Source: Camelus ferus
Taxonomy: Eukaryota
NCBI RefSeq assembly: GCF_009834535.1
Contig: NC_045697.1
Span: 111,974,001-112,038,000 of the forward strand
Reading direction: 5' to 3'
Length of the DNA stretch: 64,000 nt
Below the pieces are notes generated by a model. It was not told the DNA's origin and did no database searches. It was given only the letters and a program-made list of their open reading frames with translations. The position numbers and the translations under genes are program-made. This document shows, one piece after another, positions 1 to 13,030 of the stretch (position 1 is its first letter; every line of letters begins with the position of its first letter).

Positions 1-8
1 CTGTCAAA

Positions 9-56
9 TCATGTTGACGTTAAGTCAAGTTGACGTTAAAGCATGTTGACATTAAG
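9..56. repeat. 16-bp minisatellite, 3 copies
   Basis: tcatgttgacgttaag / tcaagttgacgttaaa / gcatgttgacattaag. Confidence 0.85.
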
Positions 57-299
57 AGTCTGGGTGGTATTATAGGAACTGACTGACAGTAAATCACCTT
101 GGCATAAATGTACCTGAGCAGGACCCTATTGTCTTATGTGAGCATAAGATATCTGTCATGGTGTTTGTAACTGCCTAACTGTGTCAAGGTTTAAAGGCTT
201 TTCTCATGCTCTCACTGACCAGGGCTGGACTGGAGAGGAGGGAGGCTGGGGTGGTCCACCCAACCCCCTCGTGGTGCTGTGTGCACGTTTAATGGGTCA

Positions 300-1335
300 C
301 GTGGTAAGAGGATGTTTGGTTTTCTAGAAAACTGCCAACTGTCTTTCAAAGAAGCTGTACTGTTTTGCATTTCCACAGCAATGAATGAGCCCTCTTTTTG
401 CTCTGCATCTTTGCATTAACTTGGTGTTGTCAGTTTTGGGGATTTTTGTCATTCAAATGGATGTGTAGTAGTATGTAATTGCTTTTTAATGTGAATTTCC
501 TTAATGATGTTGAACATCTTTTCATACACTTATTTGAATCTACATATCTTTGTTCAGATCTTTGCTCTTTTTTAAATTGGGTTGTTTGCTTTCTTATTGC
601 TGAATTGGAAGAGTTTTTTGTATATTTCGGATCCAAGTCCTGTATCAGAGAAATGTTTTCCAGTTTCTCCTATTCTGTGGCTTGTCTCTTCACTCTCTGA
701 ACAGTGTCTTTTGCAGAGCAGTTTTTAATTCTAATAAAGCCCAACTTACTACATTTTTATTTCTTTCTTTTTAATATATTTTTGTTGAGGTATAGTCAGT
801 TTACAATGTTGTGTCAATTTCTGGTGTGCAACATAATGCTTCAGTCATACATGAACATTCATATATTTGTTTTCATGTTCTTTTTCACCATAAGTTACTA
901 CAAGATATTGAATATAATTCCCTGTGCTATACAGTATAAACTTGTTTATCTATTTTCTATATAGTAGTTAGTATCTGCAAATCTCGGAACTCCCAGTTTA
1001 TCCTTTCCCACTCCCTACCCCCCATAACCATATACATTTTTTTTTCTTTTATGGATATTGCTTTTAGCATTTAGTGAGTCCAAAAACTCGTAGGCAAACC
1101 CAAGATCATGTAGATTTTCTTCTGTGTTACCTTCTAGAAGTTTTATAGTTTTCCCTTTTATATTTAAGTCTAAGATTCATTTTGAATTAATTTTTGTATA
1201 AGGTACGTGTCTAGGTTCTTGCCTCCTCCTCCTCCCATTTTTCTTTTTCCTCACATATGGATATCCCATTGTTCAAGTATGATTTGTTGAAAAGGCTCTT
1301 CTTTCTCTATTGTATTTCCTCTGTTCCTTTGTTAA
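300..1335 (-). mobile_element. Old L1 (L1M-type) ORF2 3' fragment, interrupted by a younger L1 3' end
   Basis: Antisense L1 motifs such as aaactgccaactgtctttcaaag...ttgcatttccacagcaatgaatgag and ttttgcagagcagtttttaatt. Confidence 0.8.
765..1033 (-). mobile_element. Young lineage-specific L1 3' UTR fragment nested in the older L1
   Basis: gtatagtcagtttacaatgttgtgtcaatttctggtgt is the reverse complement of the L1 3' ends at ~10580-10620 and ~21040-21080. Confidence 0.85.
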
Positions 1336-2264
1336 AGATGAGTTAGAAACTCATTTGTGGAGATTGTTTTATGACACTTTGAGCACTGTCCTTGTTGTCC
1401 TCAAAACTTCCTTCATGTTAATTATTTTAAGATCAGAGGTGAAGTATCTCGACAAACTAAGGCCTGCTCTTAATCCTGTGTTATCAGTCCTCGCCCTGGA
1501 GAGTCTCTGTGCGTGTCCTCTGTCACGATGTGTAAAAACAACACCAGAATTCATTACTGAGCCAAACTTGCTCTTTGTTAAAAAGAAATTCAGATGGCAA
1601 AGAGAAGTGGGGGTAAAAATAATTGAGTTCCATGGCACCTTAGCAAGACCCCTCTAGCCTAATTCTCTTCACCCTTCACCTCCTGAGTCCTGCACCGGCA
1701 CCTCCTCATTCAGGGCTGTTCTGGCTACTTCAGCGAGGTGCTCCTTCTTAGGTGGTTTTCTATTTTCTATCTCACTTTCCACGAGCGACACAGGTTAGCG
1801 AACACTGACCACACCTCTCTCTTGTCTCATTTCCCTCTGTGAGTGGATAAAGCTCTGGAGGACGGAGGCTCTTGCTTCTTTTGCCCCCTCCACGGCATCC
1901 ACTGTGACTTCTGCCCAGAGAAGGTTAAAGTCTAGAGCTGGAAAGTTACAACTAAAAGGCTGATAGAAAGCACCCATTAAAAAAAATTACACACACACAC
2001 AATTATATGCATAAGAAATATGAGAGAACAGTGATGCCAGTTAGTGCAGGAAGGAAAGAGGGGTTTGGGGAGAAATTTGGACCGTAGGTTTGGCACTAAA
2101 GACCCCAGTTTTCAGTACAGACGAGAGGCAAAGCTGACCCAGAGGGAAAGGAGTAATCCATTCAACACACGTCTTTTGGGCTTGGCATTATGCTGACTTG
2201 TGTGGTGAAGTGAGGTGATGAGAGGAGGAGATGGAAGAGAGTAGGACACAGGCGACACGTGATT

Positions 2265-2495
2265 AGCACTTCAAAGGGGCCACGCTCTGTTTCAAGAGCG
2301 TCGCAGCTTTTAACTCCTTGAATCTTCATAGTAACTCTAGAAGGTAGATCCTGTTCTTGTCTCCATTTCATAAGGGAGGGCACTGAAGCACCGAGACAAG
2401 TAGGACAACTTATCTTAAACCATTAAACTGGACAGAGTTAGACTCTCCAGGCCGGCAGAGTCTGGTTCCAGAGTCCTCACTCTTAAGCGATGTAC
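2265..2495 (-). mobile_element. MIR SINE
   Basis: Degenerate MIR core (ccatttcataagggaggggcactgaagc...gtctggttccagagtcctcactcttaa). Confidence 0.65.
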
Positions 2496-3278
2496 TTTCC
2501 TGGCACTCAAGCAAGCAAACCGAAACCCACCCTGAGGGTTAGAATCCTGCTTGTAAAGCATTACGGGGATTAATTGGAAAGGAGTTTTTACGTCAGGTAG
2601 AGGAAGAAGATGGTATTAAAGAGGCAAAGAACCTGAAAGAACTTAATGCCAAGGTGAGACCGGAGACTTGACTCAAATGCTATTAGAAGGTGATGACGGG
2701 TCTTTAGCAGGACGATGACATGATGAAACAGCGTTTTGAGAATAGTCACTGCGTCTCAGTGTAAAGACTAGATTGAAAGAAAAGAATCCTATCTGGAAAA
2801 AAAAAAAAAACTTGGAGAGCTTTAGCTCTGTATTAGGTTCTAGCAGTTGGAACAGAGAGGAAGGTGGGAAGCTAAAGCCACGTGGAAGGAAGGGCAGGAG
2901 TGTCTTGGCCGTTCGCTGCCTACCTGGGGTACAGAGGGTGCCTGATACTAGTTGAGATGCAGTATAAAGAGGAAGGGGGAAGATGAAGGTCACCAGGAAA
3001 AAAAAAAAAAGAACATCCGCAGAATCATGTGAATTCAGCAGTAGAGGTTTCTCAAGCTTTCTCTCAAGGTTAGTAGACATGGAAACGCTCCCACGTTCCA
3101 CAGTCCTTCAATATTTAGAAATTTAGCATGCTTGTGCTTCTGCAGAGAATATGAAGACTATTAAAACTGTTACAGCAGCTCAGAGAACAGAAAATCATTC
3201 TTATTGCCAATATGAAGACGGCTTCCTCATGAAAAAAAAAAAAAAGCAAAATAAAAACAGAAAAGAAAAGAAGAAACG

Positions 3279-3292
3279 GTGCCCTCTAGCGG
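3279..3292 (-). promoter_or_regulatory. CTCF core motif
   Basis: Minus strand reads CCGCTAGAGGGCAC, a full match to CCRSYAGRKGGCRS. Confidence 0.6.
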
Positions 3293-3983
3293 TGACTAAG
3301 TGCAAGAAATGAGGCTGGATCACCCAAGCTCTTCAACGTTTGGTTGTATGTGTGTGGTACTTAACACACACCTATGCCAAACAGGTTCCCACAGTCTTCA
3401 GCTTTGTCTCCTGCCCAGGACACTCACTGATTTTAAGATAGCTGTTTCTAGAAGGAGGCAGGTATTCGTGTTTTCTGTACGTATAGATCATCTGCCATGG
3501 CTTATTTCTAGCCCCTCATTTTTGGAGGCTGTTATTCTAGGCATTAAAAAACACCAAGTAATGACCTTTGGATTTTTAATAGAAATTGAAAGTTACAATG
3601 ATGTGGGATAATATATGTTGTTAAATATCTATGAAAAGAAATCTATAGTTAGGTATTTAAGTCACCCCAAAACCTAGTTTCCCTACTGAGTTTATAATGA
3701 ATGTCTCTGTCCAAATCTTTGTTCCCTCTCCTGTCCCCTCTGACCTCAATCCTGGGCTATTGAACTCTAGTCAGATGACTACAGTTGCTTTCATTGACAG
3801 CATTGTTAATGTCCTAAAATTGCTGGTGTAGACCTCATTAATCGTGTGCAGACTCAGGTTGTTTCTCCAGGGCAGGATGAGTTCACAGACCATCCTGCCA
3901 TGGACCATCTGGCCAGAGACTCGTAAACCAGAGATGCTCTAACCCCCTGAAAATACGATTAAGAAATGTCTCAAGAAGATGAG

Positions 3984-4115
3984 GAGGAGGAGGGTGTAGC
4001 TCAGTGATAGAGCACATGCTTTGCATGCACAAGGTACTGGGTTCAATCCCCAGTACCTCCACTAAATAAATAAAAACCTAATTATTTACCTCCCAACCTC
4101 CTCCCACGCAAAAAA
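3984..4115 (+). mobile_element. tRNA-derived SINE (Vic-1-like)
   Basis: gggtgtagctcagtgatagagc (A box)...gggttcaatccccagtacctcc (B box), then an A-rich tail containing acctaatta. Confidence 0.9.
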
Positions 4116-4224
4116 GAAGTGAAGGCCAGAAGACAATGGGTAACATCTTTAAAGTGCTAGAAATAAAAACCAAAACTTATAAATAAGTCACAAGATGATG
4201 ATTAATTCCAGCCTCTGTTTTCTT

Positions 4225-4297
4225 TCAGTGAAGCTAGTGGGGAACCCTGGACCTTGTGCATACTAAGCATGCACTCTGCCACGGAGCTGTATCTACC
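4225..4297 (-). mobile_element. tRNA-derived SINE, degenerate
   Basis: gaaccctggaccttgtgcatactaagcatgcactctgccacggagct is the reverse complement of the SINE head. Confidence 0.8.
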
Positions 4298-4642
4298 AGT
4301 CTCAGGCTCCAAGTTCTTCCTCTTTAAAAACCCCAACTCCAAGAGCAAGTGGGAGTGGATCTGAGGCTCGTCTCCCACTCCCTTGGCGCCCTTCAGTAAA
4401 CCCTTGCTTGCAACCAACCCCATGGCAACACGGGTTTGGTAACATGGACCCTGAACGTGGCTCTTGAGCATGGAACCTAATTACCTCTGTGTCGACTACT
4501 GGGACAGAGAGCCCTTAACCAGGAGCCCTCCGCCACCGTGCCGTGTCCCCAACTCCAGAAAAGGTGGCCCGTGACTCTTCTGGGTCTCAAAGTTAAAAGT
4601 TTATTATCTAAAGGCAAAGATGATGCCTTCAGAAGATGAAGC

Positions 4643-5292
4643 TGTTAGAGCAGGCAGATAGCTAGATACGAACAGAGAAATGGGGACACAGGCCACGTGG
4701 CCGGAATTGGGCAGAAAGGAGAGACACAGGCCAAATACAGGGAACTGTACATCATGTAAGCACCAGGGGTCCCTGGGCAGAGAAAGAAAAACACGAACCC
4801 ATGGGCTGATAAGTGGTCACATTTTCGGGGGGTGATGAGGGGCCTGGAAGCTGACCAAGAAATATGGGAAAAGGCAGGAATTTCCAGTGTCTGAATGTAA
4901 CTTTCTGTTGATTATGCCCTCATTTCAATAAAATTAGCCTTGCAGATTAGAAGTACCCATCACGCACCACCACCATGACACTTCCAATTCAGACTAAATA
5001 AGGACAAAATCCTTCCTCCCTTTGGGAAGGTGGGGACAAAAATCAGGGGATATGACCCCAAACCCTTACCTCCCCAATGAATATTCTGCCCATTCATTTT
5101 ACACCCTATGGAACCAACTTGCCAAAGAAACTCAGGGCAGCTGCTCACCTGAGCCTGCCCACTCTCCCCTTGAGAGTGTCCTATCCATCCCTTAATAAGT
5201 CCTCACTTTACTTTCTTAACTTCTGTGTCTTGTCTCTGAATTCTTTCCGGGACGGACAAGAACCTGGACACCAGCTACATCGACAGGCGACA
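4643..5292 (+). mobile_element. ERV solo LTR (ERV1-like)
   Basis: TGTTAG...GACA termini, near 4-bp TSD aagc/cagc, polyA-like aataag followed by a U5-like tctctgaattctttcc...caagaacc segment. Confidence 0.75.
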
Positions 5293-5776
5293 CAGCTACC
5301 TTCCCTCTCCCCACTCTAGAATATTCTTGTGGGAGCGTCTGACAGACAGTTGGACGCACACCTGCATTTCTTCCTGGGTCCATCACGAAAGTGTCCAGGG
5401 TTCTTGGTGTATGAATGAATCACTTGTCCCCTCACAGGGTAAGATGAACTGCAATTACTAATTAGTAGCAGACATTAGTGGGTACAGCACATCCATTTTT
5501 ACAGAATAAAAAATAAATTTTACTCCTTCTACCATATTGTATATCACGTCTATCACATCTAAGCTTATTTAAGTTGCGGTCACTTACTAATATGTAAGGC
5601 ATGGCTACCTAGATTTGTCACAATTACTTAGATAATCCCCAGAAACCAATTAAACTTAGACATTATCTTCTCCATTTGGGGAGGGAAATGGGTCATTAGA
5701 CAAATCTCAACCCCACCATCTCACAGTCCTGCTTTCCTCCCAACTAGAATGACTGCAAGTGTAAATTCGCTCGTGC

Positions 5777-6321
5777 TGTTAGGTAGTTAGACATGTGGGG
5801 GCACCGGGCAGTTGGATGGAGGAGAGAGGGCACGGTCCAGAAGACGGCGCTGTGCCCACCTCCAGTGTAGAGGGGATTTACTTCCTCTAAACCAGTGCCA
5901 GCAGGAAACTGGTTGGGGTCCGACAGCCATGACTGTGCAGTAGCGGAAAGGACTTAACCCGACAAGACTCAATGCTTCTTTCATTATAAATAACACTGCA
6001 GCTTAGCCCTCCCTCCCACGGGTTTTTCTGTGTGCGTCACGGGTAAGGACATGCGCAGAAGTGGACGAGCATGACTGAGCGCTCCAGGGCCAAGAGCTGT
6101 CAATCAGTCAAAAGATCACCTCTAAGTGAGGATATAAGAGAAGAGGGGGGGACAAAAACTGCCACCCTTCCTCCCTTGGATCAGCTCAACTCCTGCTCTT
6201 GGAGGTGTACTTTTTAAAAATAAATCTTTAAAAATCTTTCGCTACACAATGCACTGTCTCCTGACTGTAAACTTATCTTTGCATATGATGAGACCTGGGG
6301 TCTTTACCTTTTGGGGTAACA
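5777..6321 (+). mobile_element. ERV1-like solo LTR, same family as 51134-51669
   Basis: TGTTAGG...GGTAACA inverted termini, TATAA and AATAAA, colinear similarity to 51134-51669. Confidence 0.85.
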
Positions 6322-6339
6322 TCACTCCTCTGCTTAATT

Positions 6340-6850
6340 GTCAAGTGGCTTACCTTGGGATAAAATCCTGTTTCCCAGCCCTGCTCCACAAGGCCCTGCA
6401 TCACCTGCCCTGCATCACCTGCCCTGCATCACCTGCCCTGCATTCTCTCGTGCTGGTCACGCTCGTGACACGTCCCGGGCTCCAGCCTGCTGACCTGGCC
6501 TATGTCCCTGGCGGTGGGGAGCTGAGCCCCGCGCACCTCTTCCCGCCTGCCCCAGGGCCTGGGACCCTCCCCCACGTCCCCCTGTGCCTGGTTTCTGAGC
6601 ATCACTCCCTCTTCTGTCCTAACACTACTCCCCACAGAGGCCTTTCCTGACTCCAGGCTACACCAGGCTCCGAGCGCTCTTCATTGTCCTGTCTTCTCGT
6701 CCTCATAGCTCTCCTCCTCCTGCAGAATTTGTTTCTGTGTCTCTCTCCATGAAAGCTGGCCCTTCTATTGTTTGCCTCTGCATCCGGAGAGTTCCGAAAA
6801 TGACTGGTTTGCAGTAAATATTTCCATTACTGTTCACGGAATGAATGTAT
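6340..6850 (+). mobile_element. L2 3' fragment
   Basis: Pyrimidine-rich L2-like body ending in taaatattt...gaatgaatg. Confidence 0.55.
6393..6443. repeat. 14-bp tandem repeat, ~3.6 copies
   Basis: (gccctgcatcacct)n. Confidence 0.9.
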
Positions 6851-7904
6851 GGCCAATTGTGTGAAAAAAAGCAGCACACAGACAAGCAAGTTGGTGCAGA
6901 TCCAAATTTCATAGCGGTGGGCGAGAATGAGGGTTGAAGGTAGATTCAGAAATCTTAGTGATAGCAAGCACTCCCTTCCTTGAGTACATCCTACCCGGAG
7001 GGCACTAAGTATGCTTTGAAAATAGTCTTAGGGCTTCAATAAAATAGGCAGGTAGATTGGGATGAAGGTTTTTCTTCCTCTGTTTTGCCCACCAGGGAAG
7101 ATGTGTTTCAGTTCCTTTGTTGCTTTATTTTCCTCTCTGGTGGTTCCTTGCCCTGAGCCATTCTTTTTGTACCTTATCCACTTACCCTGTGGGCTTTGGA
7201 ATAAACCCTCGAGTGCTGCTGTGGTTGCCTGGGGACCACCATCTTTTTGTTGCATCTGCTTCCTAATGGGGATGCTGTGTGTGTGCCCTGAGGGCTGATG
7301 GGACTGGGCAAAATGATTGCCTTAATCCGGAGAAAGACTTGCCAGAGTCAATACAAATGGCTCATTCACAGTCAGTAAACTCTTGGGGTACCAAGAAATT
7401 CACTAGTATTTTGAATTCTTAAAGCCACCTCATCAGAAAGCTATGCTGAAAATAATTCTATGAGACACTGCAGTTCCTCCTCTTGTTCTCAGGGGCTTGG
7501 AGAAAAGTCTAAAAGCTGCATTATGTATAGATATTCCCATGATCTCACGTTAAAGCACAGACTCTGGCCACTAACCCTACATGCCTGGTGTTTCTCTCAC
7601 CTGCTGGGTTTGTCTGCCCCCCTTTTTTCCAAGGCAAAGTATCTCTGAGTCCTTTAAAAATTCTGAACAAGACTTACCTGCTGGGTGGAATGATTACCTC
7701 ACTGAAATGGTCTGAAACCGGTAGCCCTGGTTTCTCTTGTGTTTGTGGGCAGGTAGATGGTTACACATGTGCTTCTGCCGTGTTGTAAATGCCATCTACA
7801 AAACAAGGCCTTGAACTGTAATCCCTTCCATCTCTGAGACAACAGCCCCTCCACTTTAGGCTCATATATATGTTCCGAATTCTCTATTCACCTTGTAGGC
7901 TCAT

Positions 7905-8255
7905 TGTCAAGGACCAGATGTCTGTGTCCCTCCAGAATTCACCTGCAGAAACCCTCATGTGACGGTGTTGGGAGGTGGGCCCTTAGGGAGGTGGTTAGGT
8001 CATGAGGGTGGAGCCCTCAGGAATAAGATTAGTGCCCTTCTAGACACTCAGAGAGCACCCTCACCCCTCCCACCGTGTGGTACAGGATGAGGAGACCGAC
8101 ATCTAAGAACCAGGAAGCAGGCCCTCACTGGACACCGAATCTGCCAGTGTCTTCATCTTGGACTCTTCAGCCTTTAGAACTGTGAGCCATAAATGTCATT
8201 TAAGCCCCCTAGTCTGCGGTATTATTTGTTATAGCAGCCCAGACGGACTGAGACG
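7905..8255 (+). mobile_element. MaLR solo LTR (MLT1A-like)
   Basis: ttaggtcatgagggtggagccctc...ttgttatagcagccc...gactgagac; perfect 5-bp TSD ctcat. Confidence 0.9.
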
Positions 8256-8574
8256 CTCATATAGGTGGCAAGTCATTTTCTTGGTTACACTTTGTTATAC
8301 TTGCTGAATGACAGGTGACACGTCCCCAGTGCCTACTCAATATTTTCACCTGCCAAATGCCTCTTTGATTGATTTTCTCAATCTATATTTTGTATCGTCT
8401 GTGATATTGATTCTTCTGTTTCTTGGACAACTCTATATTTCAAGGCACCTTCTCTTTTAAGTTTGACTAAAAACCCGTCTTCTCCCTGAGAACTTTCCGC
8501 TAAATAAAATTCCACGTTTGGAAAGAAACTAAAGATCACTGCGTCTATACATTATGCAGTGACTGATTCCCCCT

Positions 8575-9180
8575 AAACTGTTTTGGTGGAATAGAGGCCT
8601 AGCTTAAGCTTGAATGCCTCTAGTGACAGGAGACTCACTACCTTTGGAAGCAACCTATTTAATCTCTGGACAGCCCTGCTCATTAGAAAACTCTTTCTTC
8701 AGATACAGTGAATTCCTTCCTGCCATGGCCATTACCACTCAGTTCCTGAAAGCAAAACTGGCAAGTTCCTCTCTCATGGGAGGGCTCTTCAAATATTTGA
8801 AGACAATGAATGCACACCATGTCACTTCCACGCCCCTTCTGTCTAAACAAACACTCCTTCTTGATGTAGTGCTGGTAATCCTTTTCCTGAGGTTTCTCTC
8901 CTTTGCTTCCAAGTCCTCCTGAAGTAGAGTGGGGTGCTGAGGGAAGGCAGTGATCTGGGTGAGGTGGCCGAGGGTCCCCAGGGCGGTGGCAGCACCAACT
9001 GCATCCAAGCTCCTCTCACTGGCCAATGACCTGGTTCAGACCCTTCTCTTACCATCACACAGAGATGTGAATTCTTTCAGCTTTATGTCACCCATAAGTT
9101 CAATGAGGGGGTCTTCTATGGTTGCATTTAAATCTTTGCTGAAAACACTGCTTGGAACAAAGTTTTCTATTCCATGAGAA
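8575..9180 (-). mobile_element. L3/CR1 LINE fossil (RT region and 3' part)
   Basis: Minus translation SVFSKDLNATIEDPLIELMGDIKL resembles the CR1 RT segment NIFINDLD-GIE--LIKFADDTKL; CR1-like gtcttcaaatatttgaag and gtagtgagtctcctgtcactaga. Confidence 0.7.
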
Positions 9181-9438
9181 CAGGCTAAATATACTGTGAT
9201 TATTTGGATTCATTTAATCTGCAAGTTTAGGAGTCCATTTTTTGGAGTTTTAGGGAGGATCGTATGAGATGAAGCACTTTGAATAGTTCCTTACATTTGA
9301 TCATTGAGATTTATCCCCCTTCCTGAAATTCTTATGTCTAATTTGCCTTTGCAGATCTGTTATTTATTAAAAAAAAAAATTTCATTAATTTTAATCTGTG
9401 TCTGTATTTGATCCATCATTAAAAATTCTCAAGTTTCA

Positions 9439-10636
9439 CCTCTTAGAAGACAACATAGGCAAAACATTATCTGACATAAATCTTAGCAATGTTCCCCTAG
9501 GGCAGTCTATCCAGGCAATAGAAATAAGAGCAAAAATAAACAAATGGGGCCTAATTAAACTTATAAGCTTTTGCACAACAAAGGAAACCAAAACACAACC
9601 TATGGAATGGGAGAAAATATTTGCAAAAGATGAGACTGATAAGGGCTTAATTTCCAGAATATATGAACAACTCATACAACTTAATAATAAAAAAACAAAC
9701 AACCCAATCCAAAAATGGGCAGAAGACCTAAACAAGCAATTCTCTAATGAAGACATACAAATGGCATGTGAAAAAATGCTCAATATCAATATCACTAACT
9801 ATCAGAGAAATGCAGATCGAAACTACTATGAGATATCAACTCACACCAGTCAGAATGGCCATCATTCAAAAGTCCATGACTGATAAACCCTGGAGAGGAT
9901 GTAGAGGAAAGAGAACCCTCCTACATTGCTGGTAGGAATGTAGTTTGGTATGGCCATTATGGAAAACAGCACGGAGAGTCCTCAAAAGACTAAAAATAGA
10001 CTTAACATATGATCCAGAAATCCCGCTCCTGGACATACATCTGGAAGGAACCTTAATTCAAAAAGACATCCCAGTGTTCACAGCAGCACTATTTATAATA
10101 GCCAAGACGTGGAAACAATCTAAATGTCCATCAACAGATGACTGGATAAAGAAGATGTGGTATATTTATACAATGGAATACTACTCAGCCATAAAAAAGA
10201 ATACAATAATGCCATTTGCAGCAACATGGATGGACTGGAGAATGTCATTCTAAGTGAAGTAAGCCAGAAAGAGAAAGAAAAATATCATATGATATCACTT
10301 ATATGTGGAATTAGAAAAAAAGACAAATGAATTTATTTACAAAACAGAAACAGACTCACAGACATAGAAAATAAACTTACGATTACTAGATGGGGTGGAA
10401 ACGGATAAATTGGGAGTTCAAGATTTGCAGATACTAGCTAATATATATAAAATAGATATACAACAAATTCATGCTATAAAGCACAGGGAACTATATTCAA
10501 TATCTTGTAGTAGCTTACAGTGAAAAAGAATATGAAAACTAATAAATGTATATTCATTTATAACTGAAGCAATGTGCTGTACACCAGAAATTGACATAAT
10601 ATTGTAAACTGGCTATACTTCAATAAAAAAAAATAT
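9439..10636 (+). mobile_element. 5'-truncated young L1 (ORF2 C-terminus, 3' UTR, polyA)
   Basis: ORF2 peptides WEKIFA and [21 protein letters not shown] aaattctcaagtttca / aaattctcaggtttca. Confidence 0.95.
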
Positions 10637-12489
10637 AAATTCTCAGGTTTCAGGTACATACATATTTTAAAAGAGATTATTCTCACCGTATCCTGTTGTA
10701 TTTATTGGTTTTAAATTTATTTAATATCACTTTCTGGGTTTCTAAAGGATGGTTTAAAAAATAACATTTATTTTTTTTGTGGTTGTAAAATTTATACTTG
10801 TTGGAGAATTTTGGAAAATAAAGAAAAATAAGAAAAAGAAAAATCCTGGAAGGGTTAGCATTTTTATTTTAATACTCTCAGTGAATTGTATAGGCAGTAA
10901 GCAGCATTGCCAAATTTGCATTTCTCTGAGGTGCATATTTTATAAGGTTTTTTTTTTTTCTTCTTTAAGGGTATATATACTATATTTAACTTCTGCTCAT
11001 GCTAAGAATATTAACTTTCATTTTTTTCTTTAGTCCTTTTGTGTCTAGCTAGATATTCATCCTGTAAGCCAAAACAATCAGAATCCCTTCGGGATTGAAA
11101 AATAATAGATCTCCAAGTCTTTTCAACTCAGGGCCAGTTGAGCTTTATTTCTGCCTAAGGGGAGAATGAACGCAGATTTCCTTAGATGTTCCTCTTTGCT
11201 TATTCTTCAAAGCATTTCATTCTTCTAGATGGTGCGGAATCACATCAATTCACCCACAATGAAGTGGCTCCAGGGCTCTTCAACCTGATAGGGTTTAGAT
11301 GAATCGTGCACTGCATATAAACAAGTGTTTATATCTTGTTTTATGGCAGTATTGTGGGCTCTGATTAGGTGCTGTTGAATATTTCCAGTCATTTTGGTTG
11401 AATCAGACATTTATTCAATCATTTTGGTAAAACAGAAGAAGGTTTTATTTAGAACATCACACTTATTCTTCCAATGTGTTGCAGCCCAGGTGGATGTGTG
11501 GTGTATCTCCAGTCTTTGGGCCCCCTAGAACTTCACAGAGGCTGTCCTGTTTGGCCATGCCTCTTGCCATTTTAAGACAGACATACTTATAGTCACCTCC
11601 CAAGCATAAGCTTCACATTGCAAAGTTTCTGTTTAAACTCAAAGATGGTTTCCCATTTTGTGAGTACCAGGCCCTACAGAGTGAGTGCTCTGTGAGAGTT
11701 GGGGATGGCGGACTCTGGGTGGGGTGGGGGTGGCTCTCACTCTATTAACCCTTCCTGTATCCCTGGAAGTGGGAGCCAACACAAAGCACCAGATAACTTC
11801 ATTAAATTGAGTCTGTTACCTGCACATCTCAGGCATAACCATGGTGGTGGGTCCCGGGCCACAGCAGAATCTTACTGACTTCACCGTCTGCAACCACAAA
11901 CTCCATTATCCACATGACCGTGGCTTCTTAAGCTTTGTGAGTCAGTGCTGTGATTTCTACAGTGCTAGATTCCAAAGGGCAGACATCATGTCTAACTTTG
12001 TAATTACCTTCGTAAGACTACAAAGTAAGCCATGCAAAGGTTCAAAGTAGTTTATGAATAATTTACCTGTGATAACGATGATGACTTATAAAAACGATAA
12101 GATAATTATGTAAAGAATAGAAGTCAATTCAAGAAAACTATTCAATTTGTCACAGAACTCTTAAGATGACATTTTAAGTTTATTTTTTTGTATCAGTAAT
12201 TGTCACAGGAATGTTTCTCAGATAAAGTTATACTATGACATGAAGCTCAATTACTAGTAAATCCTGGGACTTTTTTTTTTTTTTTAACAAAGAGTTGGCA
12301 AGAGATACTGTAAATGAAAATATGGTAGGTCTCTAAATGGGCAAAAAATTAACCAAGGCACTTTAAACTGTTGGCTTAGGAGAGCAATAAAAATTGATCA
12401 TAGCTGAGCAATTGTGTTCAGGGAAAATATGTAATAACAATGTTTCTAAGCTGCAAGGAACTTAAGAAATTTCACTAGACAATGATCAC

Positions 12490-13025
12490 ACACATCCTTG
12501 GAATTTCATATCCCATTTCTCAATCTTAACATGTTCAGAACTGAATTCCTGATTCATCTCACTCCCTAACTTTCCCATTCATAGTACTTCCCTTGTCATT
12601 TGACAACAACTCCATCCTTCTGGCTGCTCCAGACAAAATTCCTGATGTTATCCTTGAGTCTTCTCTTTCCTTCACTTTCCATATTCTTTTCCATAGTTTA
12701 TCTTGAAGTATGTTTTGAATCCCATCATTTCTATTGCAACCACCCTGATTTGAGGCACTCTTAGCTCTTATTAGGTTTAATGAAATAGGCTCCTAACTGA
12801 TCTCTCACATTCTTCCCTTGCTTTTCTTAAGTCTATTCTGAAAACAAGCATTAAAAAATTCATCATACTACACTTATCTGCTCAAAATTCTATTATAACT
12901 TCCCCTTCCACTCAGATTAAAAACTAACATCCTCATAAGGGCCTCTCTGAAGACTTTACATGATCTGGTTCCCTTTGTGTCTGCGACTTTCCTACTTCTC
13001 CTTCCCTCACTTACTCCATTCTAGC
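12490..13025 (+). mobile_element. L2 fragment
   Basis: ctcaatcttaacatgttcagaactgaattcctga...caactccatccttc...atccttgagtcttctctttcc. Confidence 0.75.
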
Positions 13026-13030
13026 TACAT

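Noticed and set aside
3984..4060. tRNA genes at the SINE heads
   Set aside because: About ten diverged copies with A-rich tails and TSDs; these are SINEs, not tRNA genes.
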